From the NCBI GenBank assembly GCA_027080545.1, contig JALWRV010000112.1, positions 1-27,224 of the forward strand: a stretch of 27,224 nt of DNA, in the 5' to 3' direction. Source of the DNA: Parvularculaceae bacterium. GTDB lineage: Bacteria; Pseudomonadota; Alphaproteobacteria; Caulobacterales; Parvularculaceae. Under the pieces are notes generated by a model. That model searched no databases and was not told where the DNA came from. It saw nothing but the letters and a program-made list of their open reading frames with translations. The translations under genes were made by a program, and so were the position numbers. This document shows, one piece after another, positions 25,222 through 27,224 of this stretch (its first letter is position 1; every line of letters starts with the position of its first letter).

Positions 25222-25950
25222 ATGGGTAAGCACATTCAATTAGGCAGATTTTTCGCCATCTTGGTTCTGGGTTTGTGGGCTGCGGGCGGGGTGTATGCGC
25301 GCGCTCAGGCGCAAATATCCGGTTTTGCCCCCTATGGTCCGCCATCAAATTTTCAAGCGTTGGACGCGTTTAACGCCTTAGCCACCGATCTTATTCTGCA
25401 AGGACGTGAAGGTCGTCCGGTCAGTGAAGCCGAGATGAGTACCAGTGCCATCGCTCTAGACCTCAACCTGTCCGAATGTGTGTGGACCCAACAGCCGAAA
25501 ATTAATCCGGCGGAAAATCGTCTCGCCACAAATTGGGGATATTTATGCCGGTTTAATCTGGTGGCCATGAATGAGCCGGCTTTTGATACGATCGGTTTTT
25601 TCATTCATGACGGTATTGATTGGCGCTATTTTGGGCGTGTGGAATCCTCGGTCAATGTAGACAATGTAGTGTTGGCAGATTTTCACAAATTGCGCCAGCA
25701 ACCTTTGGCAATCAGCCCTTATAGTTTGAATAGCCAAACGCATTATCGTTTTCGCGATGGTTATGATATTTCAAAGGACCCTTATGGCACGGCGGCATCG
25801 ATCTATTGGAAAGACCCGTATGATGCCGATGCCAAACCGGGGGAGATCACACGCAATGGCTATGAACGCCTGAATAATCCGACAGCTAAACGCCTAGATG
25901 ATGCCATTGAAAACCCCCGAGGCACTGAGTTTCAAAAACTCCCGCAATAG
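25222..25950 (+). CDS. Hypothetical secreted protein
   Basis: Sec signal peptide (MGKHIQLGRFFAILVLGLWAAGGVYARA), 2 Cys, aromatic-rich beta region. No Shine-Dalgarno before the ATG. Confidence 0.7.
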   Translation: MGKHIQLGRFFAILVLGLWAAGGVYARAQAQISGFAPYGPPSNFQALDAFNALATDLILQGREGRPVSEAEMSTSAIALDLNLSECVWTQQPKINPAENRLATNWGYLCRFNLVAMNEPAFDTIGFFIHDGIDWRYFGRVESSVNVDNVVLADFHKLRQQPLAISPYSLNSQTHYRFRDGYDISKDPYGTAASIYWKDPYDADAKPGEITRNGYERLNNPTAKRLDDAIENPRGTEFQKLPQ

Positions 25951-25955
25951 GCAGA

Positions 25956-26543
25956 TCAAAAGAAACTGACCAAATTGGGTGTGAGGATCATAAATAACAC
26001 AATACCCGCCAAAGCGCCGCCGAGATGGGCTTCATGGGCGGTGCGCCCTTGCCCCCCCATAGCAACGCTGGAATAAGCGATGAAAAGCCCGGCAAAGGCA
26101 AAGGCCGGGATGGGAATAAGACCGAAAATATAGAGCATGGTCATGGGGGCGTAGAGGCAAAAAGCCAACAACAAGCCGGATATGGCTCCCGAAGCGCCCA
26201 GAGACATATAGTCCGGATTTTTGCGATTAAAAAAAATGGTCAAGGCTTTGGCCCCGAATAAAGAGCCGAAATAAAGAATGGCAAATTTAGTGGTGCCCAT
26301 TAAATATTCTAACGCTGGACCAAAGAAAAACAGGGTGAACATGTTGAACAAAAGGTGCATGGGATCACCATGCAAGAACCCTGACGATAGCAAACGATGA
26401 TATTGATGGTCCCGTAAGACCGAACTCATGTGAAAAATATTTTGCTCCAGAAAGGCACGATTGGTAAAAGCATAGAGCGAGACCAAAATATTGACAGCTA
26501 ATAGGGAATAGCTAAGCGGTGCTTCCGAGAGGCTAAACTGCAT
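25956..26543 (-). CDS. Rhomboid family intramembrane serine protease
   Basis: YHRLLSSGFLHGDPMHLLFNM, catalytic GASGA and HEAHLGG. Confidence 0.92.
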   Translation of the reverse strand: MQFSLSEAPLSYSLLAVNILVSLYAFTNRAFLEQNIFHMSSVLRDHQYHRLLSSGFLHGDPMHLLFNMFTLFFFGPALEYLMGTTKFAILYFGSLFGAKALTIFFNRKNPDYMSLGASGAISGLLLAFCLYAPMTMLYIFGLIPIPAFAFAGLFIAYSSVAMGGQGRTAHEAHLGGALAGIVLFMILTPNLVSFF

Positions 26544-26554
26544 GAGTAAATTCC

Positions 26555-27223
26555 TTAAGTGTTAAACCGGAAATGCATTACGTCTCCGTCCTGCACCACA
26601 TAATCCTTGCCCTCAAGGCGTAGCTTACCAGCTTCGCGGGCGCCAGCCTCGCCATTATAGGTGATATAATCATCATAGGCGATCGTTTCAGCCCGGATAA
26701 AGCCTTTTTCAAAATCTGTATGAATAACCCCGGCGGCCTGTGGGGCGGTCGCTCCGCATTTGACCGTCCACGCATGGGCCTCTTTGGGGCCGACGGTAAA
26801 AAATGTTTGTAACCCCAACAAACCATAGCCTGTATGAATCAGGCGATTAAGCCCCGGTTCTTCGAGCCCAAGGCTTTCGAGATATTCTTGCTGCTCATCC
26901 TCATCAAGCTGCGCCAGTTCAGCCTCAATACGGGCTGAAATGACCACACAGGCGGCCCCTTCTTTTTCACTGCGTTTTTCAACCGTGTGAGAAAAATCAT
27001 TGCCTGTAGCGGCGGCTGCTTCATCCACATTGGCGACAAAAAGAACGGGTTTTTGGGTCAATAGCTGCAACATGCGCCATTTTTTTTGCTCGTCTTTACT
27101 GATCTCCACGCTTCGGGCTGGTTTTCCATCCCGTAGCGCTTCCAGCGCTCGCTCGATAAGTGGAATAATTTCTTTGGCTTCTTTATCTTGGCCAGTTGCC
27201 TTTTTCTTCAAGGCAGGCAGGCG
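26555..27223 (-). CDS. ychF: Redox-regulated ATPase YchF (3' part; 5' end lies outside the window)
   Basis: LLTQKPVLFVANVDE, ISARIEAEL, GLQTFFTVGPKEAHAWT, APQAAGVIHTDFEKGFIRAE, RLEGKDYVVQDGDVMHFRFN. Frame is open to the window edge. Confidence 0.97.
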   Translation of the reverse strand, partial: RLPALKKKATGQDKEAKEIIPLIERALEALRDGKPARSVEISKDEQKKWRMLQLLTQKPVLFVANVDEAAAATGNDFSHTVEKRSEKEGAACVVISARIEAELAQLDEDEQQEYLESLGLEEPGLNRLIHTGYGLLGLQTFFTVGPKEAHAWTVKCGATAPQAAGVIHTDFEKGFIRAETIAYDDYITYNGEAGAREAGKLRLEGKDYVVQDGDVMHFRFNT

Positions 27224-27224
27224 C

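Noticed and set aside
25956-26543. Rhomboid as a rhombosortase replacing the missing exosortase
   Set aside because: It is about 9 kb from the EPS operon and coupled to ychF, has generic rhomboid motifs, and no GlyGly-CTERM substrate is seen in the window.
1-27224. CRISPR arrays, tRNA/rRNA, IS elements, prophage; the remaining short alternative-frame ORFs in the track
   Set aside because: No spaced direct repeats, cloverleafs, transposase/integrase or phage structural genes were seen; the short ORFs overlap well-supported genes.

Overview
Alphaproteobacterial chromosomal window; Caulobacterales/Parvularculales/Maricaulales-like affinity is an inference from the 2-Cys DksA, petABC context and CtrA-type boxes. 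In order: (1) 3' end of a GEVED/DUF11-type surface protein; (2) an orphan GH24 phage-type lysozyme with acidic disordered linker and C-terminal membrane anchor (SpmX-like architecture), divergent from dksA; (3) a MAPEG gene; (4) a ~13.4 kb exopolysaccharide locus of the XrtA/PEP-CTERM-associated type (GT4-deacetylase fusion, short priming transferase, Wza-like, chain-length determinant, BY-kinase, beta-barrel, ExeA-like ATPase, deacetylase, FemAB-like, GT4), with no exosortase, PrsK/PrsR, Wzx/Wzy or PEP-CTERM protein visible in the window; (5) housekeeping genes hemF, trmL, petABC, a TerB-like gene and mtnP; (6) a tandem-PilZ gene and a divergent secreted-protein gene sharing CtrA-like boxes; (7) a rhomboid protease and the 3' part of ychF. 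No tRNA, rRNA, CRISPR array, transposase or integrase was recognised. Family names come from motif recognition by eye, not database searches. Regulatory sites are sequence matches only.
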